From: Octopus sinensis
Taxonomy: Eukaryota
Assembly (NCBI RefSeq): GCF_006345805.1
Contig: NW_021828590.1
Span: 1 to 8,121 of the forward strand
Direction: 5' to 3'
Length of the DNA: 8,121 nucleotides
Part shown: in pieces, positions 7,166 through 8,121 of the stretch
How the letters are laid out: each line of letters starts with the position of its first letter
Position numbering within the stretch: position 1 is the stretch's first letter
The notes under the pieces: model-generated
Seen by the model: only the letters and a program-made list of their open reading frames with translations
The model's database searches: none
What the model was told of the DNA's origin: nothing
Program-made: the position numbers and the translations under genes

Positions 7166-7281
7166 CCTTACGTATATGTACAGAGACACAGAAACACACA
7201 CACACACACACACACGAGGTATGTTGGTGCTAACAAGAAAAATATAACTCAAAATATGAGTATATGTATATTTTCACTAAC

Positions 7282-7402
7282 ATTTAGCAGAAGCAGCAAA
7301 GTGACTCAAGGTCCGAGAGTTTCGTGCATTAACACTTATCACTTGATAAGTACCAACCACGAAACTCTCGAATCTTGAGTCACTCTGTTGCTTCTGCTAA
7401 AT
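7282..7402. repeat. Fold-back 1: 45-bp inverted arms with a 31-bp spacer
   Basis: 7282-7326 vs the reverse complement of 7358-7402 is 41/45 identical. The spacer holds an inner stem, ACTTATC-ACTT-GATAAGT (7334-7351). Confidence 0.95.
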
Positions 7403-7486
7403 ATATATATAAAAGGACAATTTAATTATCGATCTTATCAAGTGGCCAGCATGGGAATAAAAACCTTCAAAGCTAATAACTATTAT

Positions 7487-7617
7487 TAAAATTATAATTT
7501 AGGGTATCTAAGAGATAACTCCACGCTGGAAATAGCAGCCAAAACTTGACTCTAAAACCATTTGGCTGCTATTTCCAGCGTGGAGGTATCTCTAAGATAC
7601 CCTAAATTATAATTTTA
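7487..7617. repeat. Fold-back 2: 57-bp inverted arms with a 17-bp spacer
   Basis: 7487-7543 vs the reverse complement of 7561-7617 is 55/57 identical. Confidence 0.95.
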
Positions 7618-7618
7618 T

Positions 7619-7653
<35 letters not shown>

Positions 7654-7686
7654 CACATATATATACTCATATATATATATATATAT
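7617..7686. repeat. (CA)n/(TA)n microsatellite
   Basis: Seen directly, abutting fold-back 2. Confidence 0.9.
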
Positions 7687-8121
7687 CGGTAGATAGACAG
7701 ATAGGTAGATGGGTAGCAAAACAGATAAATAAATATAACTATCGGTATATCTTATTGAGCTTTTGGATGAAATTAAAACTACGTAAGTATAGAAACGCTT
7801 TAAAAGCTTCCGTATTTGACCTAGTTTCTTATAATTTAGAAACAGTACGATCGATCTTCTCTTAGAATCATTTGTACACTTGAATCTTTACTGAGTGACG
7901 AGCTATAAGTTATTCTAGACAAAACGACAGTGAGACCGTATAAGTCCGATAAACACTGATTCTTCTCCTTTTCCTTCTCTTCCCCCTGCTCCCCCCTGCT
8001 CCTCGCTCACCATGGCGTTAATCAATTGCAAAGTTGGCCGCGCGTATTCATTAACCGGGTCTCCACCATCACCACGAATTTGATATTAAATCTACACCGC
8101 TATGTAAACATAGTCGAGCGT

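Noticed and set aside
7213-7225. CACGAGGTATGTT after (CA)n resembles a mariner TIR start
   Set aside because: The similarity ends after about 10 bp and there is no partner TIR.
449-7378. Supplied ORFs (YI-, HT-, CV- and MYVC-repeat peptides, hydrophobic F/L/S ORFs)
   Set aside because: They are translations of microsatellites, antisense readings of purine-rich tracts, or repeat-derived sequence. Only part of 6397..6600 is meaningful, as the mariner remnant.

Overview
Repeat-dense, AT-rich eukaryotic non-coding DNA. The SINE sequences and the heavy (TA)/(CA)/(TATG)/(GA) microsatellite load resemble coleoid cephalopod (Octopus-type) genomes; this is pattern recognition, not a database result. 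No intact protein-coding gene is supported, and the supplied ORFs are mostly microsatellite or low-complexity artefacts. Supported elements: a dimeric tRNA-type SINE with a putative target-site duplication (TSD), an RTE-like LINE 5' UTR, a 5'-truncated RTE LINE 3' end with an exact 11-bp TSD inserted into a V-domain-like SINE relic, a ~27-bp minisatellite organised as a 185-bp higher-order repeat, a CORE-like SINE plus a second truncated copy, a 162-bp tandem duplication, a mariner deletion derivative, and a cluster of long inverted repeats. The best leads are (1) a predicted multibranch, pseudoknotted RNA at the 5' end of the RTE-like UTR that does not fit the ribozyme folds I could test by eye, and (2) a double fold-back at 7282-7617 that can be reconstructed as one element end carrying a hammerhead-like core without stem P1.
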